NCBI RefSeq assembly: GCF_031769215.1
Contig: NW_026782733.1
Coordinates: 558,001 to 622,000 of the forward strand
Origin: Ylistrum balloti
Lineage: Eukaryota
Direction of reading: 5' to 3'
Length of the DNA stretch: 64,000 nucleotides
Shown: positions 1 to 13,954 of the stretch, piece after piece
Layout of the letters: each line of letters opens with the position of its first letter
Numbering within the stretch: the stretch's first letter is position 1
Translations under genes and position numbers: made by a program
The notes under the pieces: generated by a model
The model's input: only the letters and a program-made list of their open reading frames with translations
What the model was told of the DNA's origin: nothing
The model's database searches: none

Positions 1-7
1 AACCTAC

Positions 8-202
8 CGGCAGGCCTGCATGGACGAGCTCCGCCACGTTGATCTGGCTGCTATAGCCGCCCTCTTCAAGACGATCCAGACTGCCGACGCTGGAACTTGA
101 CGTACTGTGGTAGCTCTGACGTGAAGATACGCCGGACTCGTAACTCTGACCAGATAGACGATGTTGGTTATTTATCTGTACATTCGCGTAATTATGTGTT
201 AC
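8..202 (-). CDS. Caskin: Caskin exon before the expected SAM1: VTHNYANVQINNQHRLSGQSYESGVSSRQSYHSTSSSSVGSLDRLEEGGYSSQINVAELVHAGLP
   Basis: Acceptor tttttcaatttcag| and donor CCG|gtaggt; 195 nt, phase 0 to 0; GC/CpG-rich and open throughout. Confidence 0.85.
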
Positions 203-617
203 CTGAAATTGAAAAATACATACGTAAATAATCATCTTCGCAAAGCCATAGACCCATATCTGGTAATCAGTACACCCTATCTTTTGCTGGCAACCAATGC
301 TATTTCATTGTTCCCTGACTTGAGTCAAAATATTGGCATTCTGGGTTTTTTGAATACAAGAAAGCATTAATTAGATTTAGTTTCCATACTCATGATTCCA
401 AAAGTATCTTCCTGTTCATCAAACAATGTTCAGATCAATCTTATTTTTTGCAATTAAAGCAGTGGACAGAATTACATCTGAAATGATTTTCTCCCTAATT
501 GAATATGTTAGGGCACTGGCTTACATAACCTGAGGTGAAGATCTGAGGTATGCATTTCACAGGAATCTGAGAATTTAACCGTTGTGTGTTGTTGTGTCCT
601 GCAGAGAATGACATTTT

Positions 618-1111
618 ACCCTAATTTCTGTGGACACGACAGTCTTTCTGTATGTTGTTCAGTGAGGTCCCCACCAACTTATACATGTTAAACCAATCTG
701 AATATGACCCTGGCTGTTCATAGGTCGATAAAACCAGGAAATAAACACATCACACCTCCTACCAAAATCTGACGTCAATATTCAAATGAAAGCTTTGAGG
801 AATCATCAGTTTCATTTTTTTCAAACAAGGACTTTTTTCAAAATTTCCCAATAAACCAATAACACCCTAATTTCTGTGGACACGACAGTCTTTCTGTATG
901 TTGTTCAGTGAGGTCCCCACCAACTTATACATGTTAAACCAATCTGAGTATGACCCTGGCTGTTCATAGGTCGATAAAACCAGGAAATAAACACATCACA
1001 CCTCCTACCAAAATCTGACGTCAATATTCAAATGAAAGCTTTGAGGAATCATCAGTTTCATTTTTTTCAAACAAGGACTTTTTTCAAAATTTCCCAATAA
1101 ACCAATAACAC
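618..1111. repeat. Tandem duplication of a 246-bp unit (2 copies)
   Basis: accctaatttctgtggacacg... starts at 618 and again at 864; only one mismatch seen by eye (702 A vs 948 G). Confidence 0.95.
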
Positions 1112-2048
1112 TGCATATACAATTTACTGCCATTCAAAAATAACTCCTAACATCAGATCAATAAGCAATTAGCAATGGAATTCTTCAGCTTCTGATAAAT
1201 ATTGCCCAATATACTACAATAGCGTGTCCAACAAGCCTACAGCACACACAGTAGAGAAGGTAGTACAAAGAAGTTCATGCTAGCAGTAATTTGTCTCAGC
1301 TTCAACAACATTCTAAGGGTCTGGTTTCCAAAACAGATGGTTGCCATGCTTACATGCATACATATATGCCTGTTACTTTTGGTTGTTAAGCTGTGTGAGA
1401 ATTTCTGCATCTTCCCAAACCTGGTAAGCTTAAGAAGTTTGTACTTCAAGACTTGCAACTAGATTTCCAAGAAATATTCATAAATCAAAAGCATCTTCAG
1501 AGATTTTCATTCTTATACAGTAATCTAGAATCCTTACACATGTGACTCCGATTAAAAGTTTTGACATACATAAAAATATCCTTGATAAAGATTTGTCAAA
1601 TTCTTAAGCTAACAATGTATTGAGCAATCACTTTAAAACTTCCCCTACTGGTACAAAGGACACCCAAGGCTTTATAGCATTGTTAGCTTACATAAAGAAA
1701 AATTAGTTAATTTCAACCCCTCAAAGTCCCAAATTTAACCCAAGGTTTTCATGATTCTGGATATATTGTGATCATTACTATGTTTTCTCAAGGCCATATG
1801 TAATTTGTTGATGAAATTTTTTACATCTGATGAAATATTTCTTGGTGATATAATTAAGCTTACAAGTTTTCCTGGTGTGTGCGCATGCTGTCTCTGACAT
1901 CGTCACCTAATTGGTACATACACTGCCATCCAGAAAACCTTGACACATGACTTTGACTAGATTGTGTATAAAAAGTTCCAAGAGAAAATTGAAACAGTTG
2001 CAATTTTGAAAGTAACTATTCAATCAAAGTAATCAACATATTATCTGA

Positions 2049-2820
2049 AGTGATCACAAATCCCCTACAATCAACAGTGACCACAGACCATACAATCAAC
2101 AGTGACCACAGACCTTACAATCAACAGTGACCACAGACCCTACAATCAACAGTGACCACAGACCCTACAATCAACAGTGACCACAGACCCTACAATCAAC
2201 AGTGACCACAGACCCTACAATCAACAGTGACCACAGACCCTACAATCAACAGTGACCACAGACCCTACAATCAACAGTGACCACAGACCCTACAATCAAC
2301 AGTGACCACAGATCCTACAATCAACAGTGACCACAGACCCTACAATCAACAGTGACCACAGACCCTACAATCAAAAGTGACCAGACCCTACAATCAAAAG
2401 TGACCACAGATCCTACAATCAAAAGTGACCACATACGCTACAATCAACAGTGACCACAGACCCTACAATCAACAGTGACCACAGACCCTACAATCAACAG
2501 TGACCACAGACCCTACAATCAACAGTGACCACAGACCCTACAATCAACAGTGACCACAGACCCTACAATCAACAGTGACCACAGACCCTACAATCAAAAG
2601 TGACCACATACCCTACAATCAACAGTGACCACAGACCCTACAATCAACAGTGACCACAGACCCTACAATCAACAGTGACCACAGACCCTACAATCAACAG
2701 TGACTACAGACCCTACATTTCAAAATGAACACATACCCTACAATGTAAAGTGATCACAGAATCTACAATCAAAAGTGATCACAAACCCTACAATCTAAAG
2801 TGTTCACTCATATACAATCC
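2049..2820. repeat. 25-bp minisatellite (ctacaatcaacagtgaccacagacc), ~26 core copies with decayed ends
   Basis: Direct reading. Confidence 0.95.
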
Positions 2821-3517
2821 AATATGCTTAATATCATCCCCCCTCCAACCCTCAAAAAAGAAAAAATTGTGATCTCTTTGAAATATCCTTCTTGACAAAC
2901 TGCAGGCCTATAATGTGTAAATTCTGGCCTTTTGACAGTCTACAATGAAAACTTATATATACACAGTACATCATTTCCACCCAAATCCCTCCTGCAACAA
3001 CCTTTCTTGAATTGTGAAATCTGTAATACTCTATCAAAATTAACATTTAAAAGAGGTATCTACCAGTGTTCCACTTGCCTCCTCTGTAATAGTGCACTGT
3101 GAACAGGCATATTTCTTGGCAAAGTCTGTAACGGAATGCAGCCTTTTGATTTTTTTCATCATGAAAATTATATTTGTAGCAAGTCTGTCTGAGTTTTATT
3201 GACAATAAGTCATGTTGGTATACGTATTTTTTATGTTGTTATAACATATATCCCTCAGAAATTTGGAATTACACAGCATGTAACATCTTGTTACTGTTAT
3301 AATCCATAACACAGCAATTCTACCAGTCGCCAAGTCACTTCTCTGGGATTCGTTTATCTAATCTGTCTTGCATATATAAACAGGTGTGGCTAGAGAGTGA
3401 TTCATATCCAAAATGTCACCAAATGGTTTTCTATTTTTCGATGTTTAGATCTTCAAGAATATCAAGAGGTCATTACATTAGGGAATTTTTTTGAAATGTC
3501 AAGTTTTCCATCCATAT

Positions 3518-3605
3518 TTTGATGTCTTTATGCCGAGTCTATCTGGATGTCTTTATGCAAAGTTTATCTGGATGTCCTTGAAAAGTCTATCTGGATGTCC
3601 TTACA
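3518..3605. repeat. Short decayed ~24-bp tandem repeat (atctggatgtc...)
   Basis: atctggatgtc recurs 3-4 times. Confidence 0.7.
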
Positions 3606-3830
3606 GGTGCAAAGTATATCCATGATGTCATCAAAGAGCAACATTTCACCAAATATATCCTTGTACAGGTACATGTTGTCATGATATAAAAATCCAAGAT
3701 TTCAAGAAACAATCAAGTATTTTCAGTAAACAATTGGAGTGCAGTGTATATTCGTAGGTCAAATGATAGAGATGTTTGTCTGAGATGGGATTATTAAAAA
3801 CACATATTTCCAAACGTTGTCACCATATTT

Positions 3831-4075
3831 TCACATACATCCAATCCTTGTCACTGAACTGTCACATACATCCAATCCTTGTCACTAAACTATCACAAAA
3901 ATCCCGTCCTTGTCACTGTACTGTCACATAAATCCAATTTTTGTCACAATATTGTCACATGCATCCAAACCTTGTCACTGTATTGTCACATGCATCCAAA
4001 CCTTGTCACTGTAGTGTAACAGTATGGTCACAATTAGAACCTTGTCACAATATAGTCACATTATCCCATACTTGT
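3831..4075. repeat. Decaying ~31-bp minisatellite (tcacatacatccaatccttgtcactgaactg)
   Basis: Period 31 at the left end with progressive divergence to the right. Confidence 0.85.
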
Positions 4076-6589
4076 TGGCTACATTGACATGATATCTAAG
4101 CACTGCCTCAGAATCACTTCATGTGAGTTCAGATTCCCTTTGTATTTTCTGTGACAGAATAATGGAGAAAAAGTAACCACCAGTGTAATAATATTTAACC
4201 CATAGTTGTCACAGAAGGCTGGAATATATGTCCCATATCTTAACCATTACACATGTCAGCACTGCTAGACACACACGTAACCATGGTAATACTGTCGTCC
4301 TCCTGGCATCAGTGTCTGTGGAAATATTCCTACCACATGATCTGGATGTCCAGTCGTGCACATAGTTATCATCTTAAGAACATGATGTCCAGTTATAATA
4401 ATTGTTGACATTGTGACTGATGTCCTTTTTGATCCTATCACAATATTTTCTTATTGATTTTCTCCTTGCTGATATCAAAAGGTCACAGATTCCATTACGA
4501 GACAGCAAAACACATAACACTCTCAAGACATAGACAAATAATGAAAGTTGATCTTAGCATTTTTGAGATCTGCTTTAAAGAAAAATAATGAATAAAAGCA
4601 GCAGTCCTATCACAAAGTCATGCAGCGCTAGACTACCCGATTGAACTGCTGCAGCTCTACACTGCGATAACAAGAAATAAATTTACAGCAGAATGTTTGA
4701 AACCGGAACCTTGAGGCCGGCAATAATTGTCATTTACACTGCCTGCTTTTGAGGGTTTATCAAAGAGTTAGAGGAAGCCCAACTCTATAGAAATCAATAG
4801 AGGTATAACATCAGGTAGGGGGATTATAACTGTGAGACTGCCACATGTATATAATCGGTGCTAGATTCACCGCTCCTCTCCAGGCCACCCTCCAATCAGG
4901 CAGCAGGAGGCGAGAGTCGGACAGATTCAGCATGATAGTGAACACCTCTCACGACACCCTGGGGTTACATAATAGTAACACCGTGGCATAAAATCAGGGA
5001 CCAAGCAATAAACGCCGATTAAATTCAAATGTCAAAAAGTTTGCTGCAGAACAACACTTAGTTACTCATCTCTATAGGAAATCATCATTGTATTATTATA
5101 TCAGTGTTTGGTAGCTTGTATGTAACATGTGCTATGTTTTATAAAATCCATACTCTGCTTAAATTATTCATTATTTTCAAGCTTCAGTGCAGAGTTGAAT
5201 TTATTGTTTCAATGCCAAGCTTGGGCAGTAAACCAAATCAACTTCAAAAGATTAAGTATAAAAATGTCCACTTTTTAACATTTCAACCTTCCACAATGTG
5301 CAACTTATTGTTTTATGATAATTTTCAGCAAGACATAAATGGATTTTTTGAGAAGATTTACCATTTTAGCTTAAAGACGATTCTGATTGAACAAGTTATG
5401 AAGGTTACCTTTTTTTATGTATGCATATCCTCAAGTACATTTAATGTACAACCTCCTAGACAGAGCTGAATGTAAATAATTAAACACGGAATATTCCACT
5501 CAATTAGATTTACTATGGCATGAAAATAAAAAGTGATGAAAGGAACCACAATCTTTCTATTCAACTTTTTAATTAAACATGTAACGGTGAAGTCAGCAAA
5601 TATCCTTCCACCACTTCTCTACACAATTCCATACATGCAATAATTCAATTTACTAAAAAAAAAAGGCGAAAAAAGAAAAATCTTCATTTTTAATTCAGCA
5701 TCCAAATTTCCAATAATTTTGACAGCATGCTTATTTCTGAAATTACGCAGATCCCAAACATGTACAAGTAGGTTTCCAATCCAGATAAGTAGTGTCAGCT
5801 TGATAGCATGGAACGGCTTAACTTTAAAACTTATCTACTAAATCATCTGAAACTCAAATATTTGTCATATTCATTATGTTACCTACAGTTCCACAATGCA
5901 GCTATTATTCTTCAATTTTCTTTTTTTAAAAACAAGGTATAATTGCATCTTCCTGCTGCACATTCAAACTTGTGTGAAGACAATCATTTCAGGACTCTCT
6001 ACAACATGGTGAACCAAAACTGCATCAGTAGTGAATGTCTATTGATTTTTTGTGTTTGATGATGGAAGTGAAAGTTACTTAGGCTTGGGTAAGATACTTG
6101 TGGAACCACCAGGGAAGACAATGTTAATCATAATATGATTTATTCTGAAACTCATGGTACTGGCGAGTCACTCTTCATCAATACAATCAAAATCGGTAAT
6201 GTCCAGCTTCCAAATGTTGCTTTTACACTGAAGAGAATGTCACGGAACATAATTCTTCATATGATTGACTCCAGTGTTTGACAGTACAAGGATTTAACAG
6301 AATACATACATTCCACTATGACTATAAACACTTTCATCTTAAGTTGTTAAATCGTTAAATATGTAATATAAGAGATTCATCATAAAAAAGAATATGTCAA
6401 TGACTGTAATATCTATCTCAACAAATATGAAATATTTGTGACTAGTTTCAATATTTACTTTTACAACAATGTAAAGCAACTTATATTAACTTATAATCAA
6501 TCTTTAATCAAAACTAAAGAATTAAAAATCAGAAAAAACTGAACAGCAATCATTCATGTTGATCCTGACAGAAGCATACAATGAACATC

Positions 6590-6722
6590 ACTGTTGGAGG
6601 AAAAAGCACTAAAACCCTGGGGAAAACCCACATGATGAAGCTGGAGATCCTGTACTGTTTCACACCAAATCAGGAAATCACATTTGAGAGGCAAGTACAT
6701 TACCACTGCAATTCCGGACAAC
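6590..6722 (-). mobile_element. Strongly decayed tRNA-derived SINE fragment, same type as 17735-17985
   Basis: Minus strand: gttgtccggaattgcagtggtaatgtacttgcctctca...catgtgggttttccccaggg...tttcctcc; tRNA-like head plus a gtgggttttc..tttcctcc core resembling V/Meta-type SINE cores. Confidence 0.5.
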
Positions 6723-9700
6723 TAGGGTAAAAAACAATAAATTCCAGGTACCACATAAAATGTTCACATCAGGAAAGGGAGGATAGAATAAAAAGGCAGC
6801 AACTCATTGGAAATTTATCAAAATAACTTGAATTTTCACATAATTCTCTAAAACCCAGGGCCACATTCAACATAAAATATATAACAAAATATCAAATTCT
6901 TTGCATGACTAAGACTGATGAGTTGATGATATTGTCAATATGGATATTTGGGCTACTTTTTAGAAATCTGACTTTAACAGTTTCTGCTACTTCATACAAA
7001 GATGCCATTAGGAACTTTAGGAAAGATTTCAAAATAACTGATTTGGGTCAAATATTGTTTCCTCGAAGCCTCCTTGAAAGCATGGTCAACCTTAATCAAA
7101 ATGATGCCAGTTTAATTTGATAATCTTATCTACATGAGTTCAACTAACAAATTATAAGTTCAAAAATTTATTTTGAAAAAAATGATAAAAATCAGAATAT
7201 AACTATAGATTGTTATTCTTAAACACCGTTTCCACATGTACAAACCTTAAGACAGATTTGTATTTCTAATTCAGTTTTACGAGTAAAACTAGTTTCAGAA
7301 TGTTTCACTAAATCAGTTACTATCAGACAATGCTGTACGATAGGAACTATGTTGATGCTTCAGATTACAGTTGTACAACATGCTGTCTTTGGAATTCACA
7401 TCATTAATCACAAAATTGAAGGCAAAGCTCTGATTTAGGAATTTGTAACTTTTGGAAGAGTTTCAATAAATTGGAATTCCCTGATTTGTTTGATAGAACT
7501 TGTATAATGCACATTTGCAAATGGAGGATTTGTTGATATTTATGATTTGTATTTCAAGATTATATGATAAATCAATATTTTTACGCCCTTGTCTCACACG
7601 AGGGGATATTAAATCAAAATTTCTTATGCTTACATCATTGACAGATGATGTTCCATTGCTATAGGAATCTTCGTTTTAAACCACCTCTTCATTTACAATG
7701 AATGAAAGCAATGTTCAGGCTGTATAGTGATCAAGACCAAAGTATTGCTATTTCATTTAAAAGTAATTAGCTCCTTCATTTTTGTAATATTGCTAACCTG
7801 TACAAAAGTCACCTTAAGTCTGTTTTCAGTAGATCCAGCTGATCTCAGTAAATGAAAAATAACCATTAATGACACACTAAGAAGATACACCTCTTTCACC
7901 TCGTTGATCTCATATAATATATTAGTATACCTGGTGGTTCTGTTGTTTTTACCTTGTTCTTACTTTGGAACTTGACATTACTTACTTGGATTGACTAAGA
8001 TTTACACGACCATTCCAGAACATATGGTCTTGTTCTCAAAGTACTTTTTCAGACGTTTTCATGTATATCTTTTGTTCATATTTTGCCCTCAATGTATGGA
8101 ACATGAGTTTGAATGAAGGTTTTTTTAATACTTCTACCAAGAAAAAATGTATGTAGATTAACATGTTAAAATTTCTATAATATTTAACACTGACATTTTG
8201 ACCTTACCAGATCACCAAAATCTTATCAGGTTAAGATATAAATAACTTCACTGGTTTCCAGGACATCTTAATTGATACACAATGTTTTCATTTCAAAAAG
8301 GGTCAAGCTTTGACCTTTACCCTACAACCATGACCTGTAATCATGTGAAAAAAATATTAATCAGGTTTAGACTAATTTTAACTAAACCAGTTCATCATAG
8401 ATACCATTTACACCAAGTTTTTATAATAGATGGATGCACAAACTCCGAATCTACCTAACAACACACACACTTTTGTCCAACCAAGTGCAGGATATCACAG
8501 AACTATGCTTTCATTATTTCAACTACACCAATTTGCTATGTTTTCCCAACTCGGCTCTAAAAAGCAGATGAAAGGGAAATCATGATCTTCTGAGCGACTA
8601 AATCAAAGCCACCTATAACGTTAACAAAGCATGGTGATAAACTTTAGGACATGAGATGAGAACAGCCTTCAGAGGCAGGTCTCAGGAACAAAGATCCAAT
8701 AACTTAAACAGAATATTGATCAGAAACACCAACACAGGTGTAGGGGAGACCTGGGATAATTAACCAAAAAAGTCAGAAAATGTCAAAACAGTTAAGTGTC
8801 AGGTGTGGTTACAAGAGTTAAGTTGATGATGATGACTGCCTTATAGTTTTTATTTTAACTGTAAACCATTTGTATGTCCTTACACAACAAAAATCTTCAA
8901 GGCTGTATTCCTTTTAAAACCTATGATAAACCATTTCCTCTATTATTGCTTAAGCAAAAACAAACATCAATTTCTAACATTGCTGACAATAAAAACAGCT
9001 GCATCCAATCCACATGACTACTTTAACAAAGGTAGAGACTAGCGTTCATAAAAAACATCTTCTATGTCCAAATGATTCATGTTAAGCTCAATCTCCACCA
9101 TCCAGAATTGGTAGTGTCGTCTGCTCTTTTGTCTGACCTCTGTACTCAGATGCTGTCAGGTGATTTCCAGCTTAGATACAAAATCCTGTCTGCCAGTTTG
9201 ATTGAAATCAGTAACATTAGAATGTTACCTCTGATCTTAAACTCATCCGAGAAGTTTTGTTGTCCAAGTCTCCTTACCCAACTTATCTTTGCATGTTCAT
9301 TTAATGATTTTCCTGACTAAAGTTATCTTATGTATGCTACAGACTTTAAGATTCCAAAGGTTCACCTATTAAACTCTATCCACTTCAACACAAATGCTGC
9401 CTTCTAATGATGAACAATTAAATTCACGGCCCAGAGTTTGCATCCATACACAAAATCCAAAGGTACACTATGAGATCCTAATGATTATCATTAAGTTAGT
9501 AAACTACAGCATTATTTGTCATGATTATATTTCATATGAGAGACATCATTACTTCTGTCTTTAATTGTGTTCACCGTTAAAGGTGATTAATAAATACAAT
9601 TAAATACGACTTCTTCCCACTTGGTTGTGTTTTAGTACCATTTTTCACAATGAAAAATTATGCTAATAAAGTTCCTCAGGGGAAATGCATAACACATACA

Positions 9701-10050
9701 GCTGATAGCATTACCAAAGCACAACAATCTAAATCACACTTCATTAAAAACACTCTTGTTATGGAAAGGAATCATACACTTTAAAGACTTAGACATGAAA
9801 CAAGCATTTTAATGACAAATTAGAATATTGCACTACCAAACATGTCCACGAAAATGGCTGCAAATACTGTGCAAACAAAACCATGTCAAAGATTGGGCTT
9901 TCCACTGTTTAAACATTTACATTGCCAAGGTGACCTTGTGGACATATGCTTTGGGTTTGAAGCTACATTGCAGTCCCACTAGAAATGTAAAAACCTTCTT
10001 ATGATCCTGATAGAACAATAAGACAATATGTAACCTGAAGGAGCCATTAC

Positions 10051-10266
10051 CTTGGGTTCTAAGTGGCCAGTGCTGTAACCCCTCCCACTGTCACTGCTGG
10101 CTGCACTGTTACGATTACTGTTTGTCGGACTGCCTTTTGCTGGACTAGCGGTCCTTAGGTCACTGACAATGGAGTATGGGGTTGGTGAAGCCCAGTCACC
10201 GTGGTGATTGTGTAAGTTATGTTCGCCAACATGGTTGTGATTGTCAAATGGTCTACCATTTACATT
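10051..10266 (-). CDS. Caskin: Caskin linker exon: NVNGRPFDNHNHVGEHNLHNHHGDWASPTPYSIVSDLRTASPAKGSPTNSNRNSAASSDSGRGYSTGHLEPK
   Basis: Acceptor tttatttttcag| and donor CCCAAG|gtaatg; 216 nt, phase 0 to 0; Ser-rich RNSAASSDSGRG segment; lies within ORF 9979..10383. Confidence 0.85.
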
Positions 10267-11364
10267 CTGAAAAATAAAAGAAATTAAAACATCAAAACAA
10301 CGGAACTGGGAATTAATAGAAAATTTGCTTGATAGACAAAATCTTTTTCCATTATAAAAAAATAAATGTCTTACAACACTCAAATATTATGACCAAAATT
10401 TTACACCATGTTTTACATGAGAAACTATCTGTGATGCTTTATTGCCATATATTCTTATAAAGTGAATCTTTAAGTGTTAAAAAATGTAAACTGTTCTTGA
10501 AATTATATAATGTTACAATTAGTAGCCTTCAAATTAAACAATCTTCCCTTAGCATATATATAACCAACCAACAGCACTAAATAAACCCTTCTGTGATCTG
10601 CTGACAGAGGTTGAACCAGCAATGTCACAGAAGTGTTAGTGTGGCACGCATCTGTGAAGCTTGAGTTTTACCAGTTGAAGCTATAACTGCAACGTTTCAG
10701 TCACAGACAGACACTTTACGTCATTTCATGTTTAAGAAAAGAGATGATCTAATGGAAACAAATACTCAGGTTTTCCACAGACTTGTAGTAAGATCTAGTA
10801 ATCTTCTCCCCTAGATGTATATTATTGATAAGAAGTAAGAAAAATTACATTCTCCTGTCTAAAATGTACTCTACAGAGGGTTACAAGTCACAGCCACAAA
10901 GTAAAAGGTCATATTCTTTGGGAAGACAAATGTAATGAAAGTGAGGAAGATCAAAGTTCATGGATAGTGTAAAGGTCACTTTCCATGGTACTTGAAAAAC
11001 CCTAACCAGACAAGAAACACTCAGTTCCCAGAGAGACAGAGGATATATTTAGACCAATTTCCAAAAGGGTAAAAGGTCAAATCAACAAGTTGAAAGGTTA
11101 CTCTCTAAAAGTCAGACAAAAGGTTATATAGGATAAATGTATCCGGTTCTGTAATGAATAATTTCTCTGTACACAAAAGCACTACCATGCCTTAATACAT
11201 ATAAAGCTCATCAAATATTGCCAATCAATGAAGGAAGGCTAAATGGAACTTCTCCTTGACAACTCAAGCATGTAAAATATCACTGGTTTTATCATTATTC
11301 TACTTCATAACCATAAATGCTGCTGATTAATGTTGTATGATTAATGGTGTACTAAGTTTGGATC

Positions 11365-11977
11365 TTGGAACGAGGGTATGAGGTATATGTGTACACTTTC
11401 CACTTGGTGTTTTGGCCTCGGTTTGGGAGACAGGGTATGAGGTACATGTGTACACTTTGCCCATGGTGTTAGGACCTAGGTTTGGGAGACAGAGTATGAG
11501 GTACATGTGTACACTTTCCTCTTGGTGTTAGGACCTGGGTTTGGGAGACAGGGTATGAGGTACATGTGTACACTTCCCCCATGATTTTAGGACCTGTTTT
11601 TGGGAGACAGGGTATGAGATTTATGTGTACACTTTCCCCTAGGTGTTAGGACATGGGTTTGGGAGACAGGGTATGAGGTACATGTGTACACTTTGCCCAT
11701 GGTGTTTGGACCTCAGTTTGGGAGACAGAGTATGAGGTACATGTGTACACTTTCCTCTTGGTGTTAGGACCTGGGTTTGGGAGACAGGGTATGAGGTACA
11801 TGTGTACACTTTCCCCTAGGTGTTTGGATCTGGGTTTGGAAGACAGGGTATGAGGTACATGTGTACACTTTCCCCATGGTTTTAGGACCTGTGTTTGGGA
11901 GACAGAGTATGAGGTACATGTGTACACTTTCCCCTAGGTGTGAGGACCTGGGTTTGGGAGACAGGGTATGAGGTACA
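11365..11977. repeat. 58-59-bp minisatellite (gggtatgaggtacatgtgtacactttcccctaggtgttaggacctgggtttgggagaca), ~10.5 copies
   Basis: Direct reading; explains ORF 11646..11927. Confidence 0.95.
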
Positions 11978-13954
11978 AATCACAGAATCGAGTATAGTAT
12001 GGGGTAGGGTGGGGTGGGGGACATCAAGTAAGTCCTTTCATACTGGCATATCATAAATTAGCTGTGTATCTCCTTGCAAATCTAAGAAAATGATTGTGAT
12101 CAATTAATTTTGTTGTTTATTTTTAGAGATTTTTTTCCAAAACATAAGCTGCAGCTTTTTTCCTTGGTGGTTGGGCGTGTGGTTTGGTAAATATGTGGAT
12201 GAAAGAAAATAGGCAGAATGAAAAAAAAAACAAAACAAAAAAAAAATGAAGCGCACCAGTACAAAACGGTTTTTTACAAGTACCTGTCCATCACGTGTCA
12301 CAGAATGTCTAGAACTGTCATTTACAATTGAAAACAGGATGATTTTACGATTGGAATAAAAATAGCATTCTTGTGGATTTAATTAATCATACCTTTTGAT
12401 ATTAATCACAATAATATCTTCTGGACTAGGATCAATAGATTATCAGGTTAGAGGTCAAATTCTAGAATGACTGCCATGCTTGTTAATGATAAGAATGGCT
12501 TCATCTAACTTACAAAAAATAATATGAGACTATAAGAATTTTGTCAGCATGCAAGGGTCTTCGTTAATATTTAACAGTACAATTGCTGATGGATATATTA
12601 TGTAAACTGTACATAACGTCAGGCCCTATATCTGTGCATAGACAATCGTTGATGGCTTCCAAGCCAGATGAGTTCGATAATTGCTATTTTACATTTTTGA
12701 AACACTTTAATAAAAGAAAGAATTACCTGTGTATAATTCACTTACAAACTTATATTAAATGTTTCTCTGACGATCTTGATAAATTGCCCTCCGTTGTCTG
12801 TTATATCAACATACTTCAGTCAACAAAATGGTTACCACATAGGAAGAATGGCTGCAACTTATATTCCAGTGCAGCTAACATGTGGATCAAAATGAAAAAA
12901 TCGTTAAAAAATTGGCAGTATATATAATTTCTTTTTTTTTAAGCGCATTCTTTGAAATATTCATGTTAATTTCATCACGTTTTCCTCTAGAAATGCTTAT
13001 ATTCATCACAAACAAATTTCCTAGACAACCAAACATGAACTTGTTGATTCAATAATGTTTAACACCCCAACAATTTTAGTATCTATCACCAAACAGCTTC
13101 CCTGACAACTAAATGGAAGTTTGATCGATACACGCAGAATATTTCTGTGATCAGCAATAAAAAAAAATACATGTTCAGAATTCTTATTTGTATGACATAT
13201 TTCCTGAGAATCCAAACAAAACTTGATCCTACCAAATACCATTTAATATGGTTACCTCCTGACTGGGCTCTGGGTCCTGTAGTTCACATCAAACACTAGA
13301 ATTATTGGATAATGGATCAATGAGGCGAATCAACATCTGTTATTTTACCACCATCCCTATAGTGTAACCCTGACTTCAGTATAATCAAATAAGGTCTATC
13401 AACACACATAGAACCAAAGTACATGTGGGTATAAGACTTGCTGTTGTACAGATATGGGAAATCTTCCAGTTACCATAATCACCAAAAAGGGATTACTCTT
13501 TTTCAGCTGTAATTACATAATTGGACTTAAACTATTCAACATCCCACGAGGATTGAATCATGGAAGAAGGCACAACCTAACAGCAAAAAGTGGTTTACTA
13601 GCTCAGCTAGCTTCTACGGAGAAATTCAGACCAAAATCCAGAGATCTTGATTATTCTCTAAAATTCTATTAGCCTTATTTAACAATTATGAGTTGCCTAC
13701 AAATTTCACAGCCTTAAATACTGGTTCCAAACAATTAGTGTCTTTCATTCTAATAGAAAATATTGTATTTATCCTGCAATAAGCCCACCTGGTCAAATCA
13801 TCACTTCTTAATTACAAGCTGGGGATGGTTTTATTACAGGACAATGAATTAGCATTGCTACATATCTAAACTGAAAAGCACTAATATATTTTTGAGCTTA
13901 TTACCATAACTAAAGTGTTTGTGTAATAAACCTCTCTTTCTGATAAAGATTGGT

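Noticed and set aside
5104-5469. 121-aa plus-strand ORF, and similar ones such as 40457..40894 and 12583..12927
   Set aside because: AT-rich, F/L/I/K-biased chance ORFs with non-ATG starts and no recognisable domain.
8190-11110. Opposite-orientation tgacct/aggtca repeat remnants flanking exon 10051-10266 as a pre-mRNA duplex
   Set aside because: Similarity is limited to short motifs, too little for a stable stem.
12290-12800. Frame-restoring chain through small candidate exons at ~12.75 kb and ~12.3 kb
   Set aside because: Phases can be made to fit, but it needs several weak sites at once and is likely overfitting.
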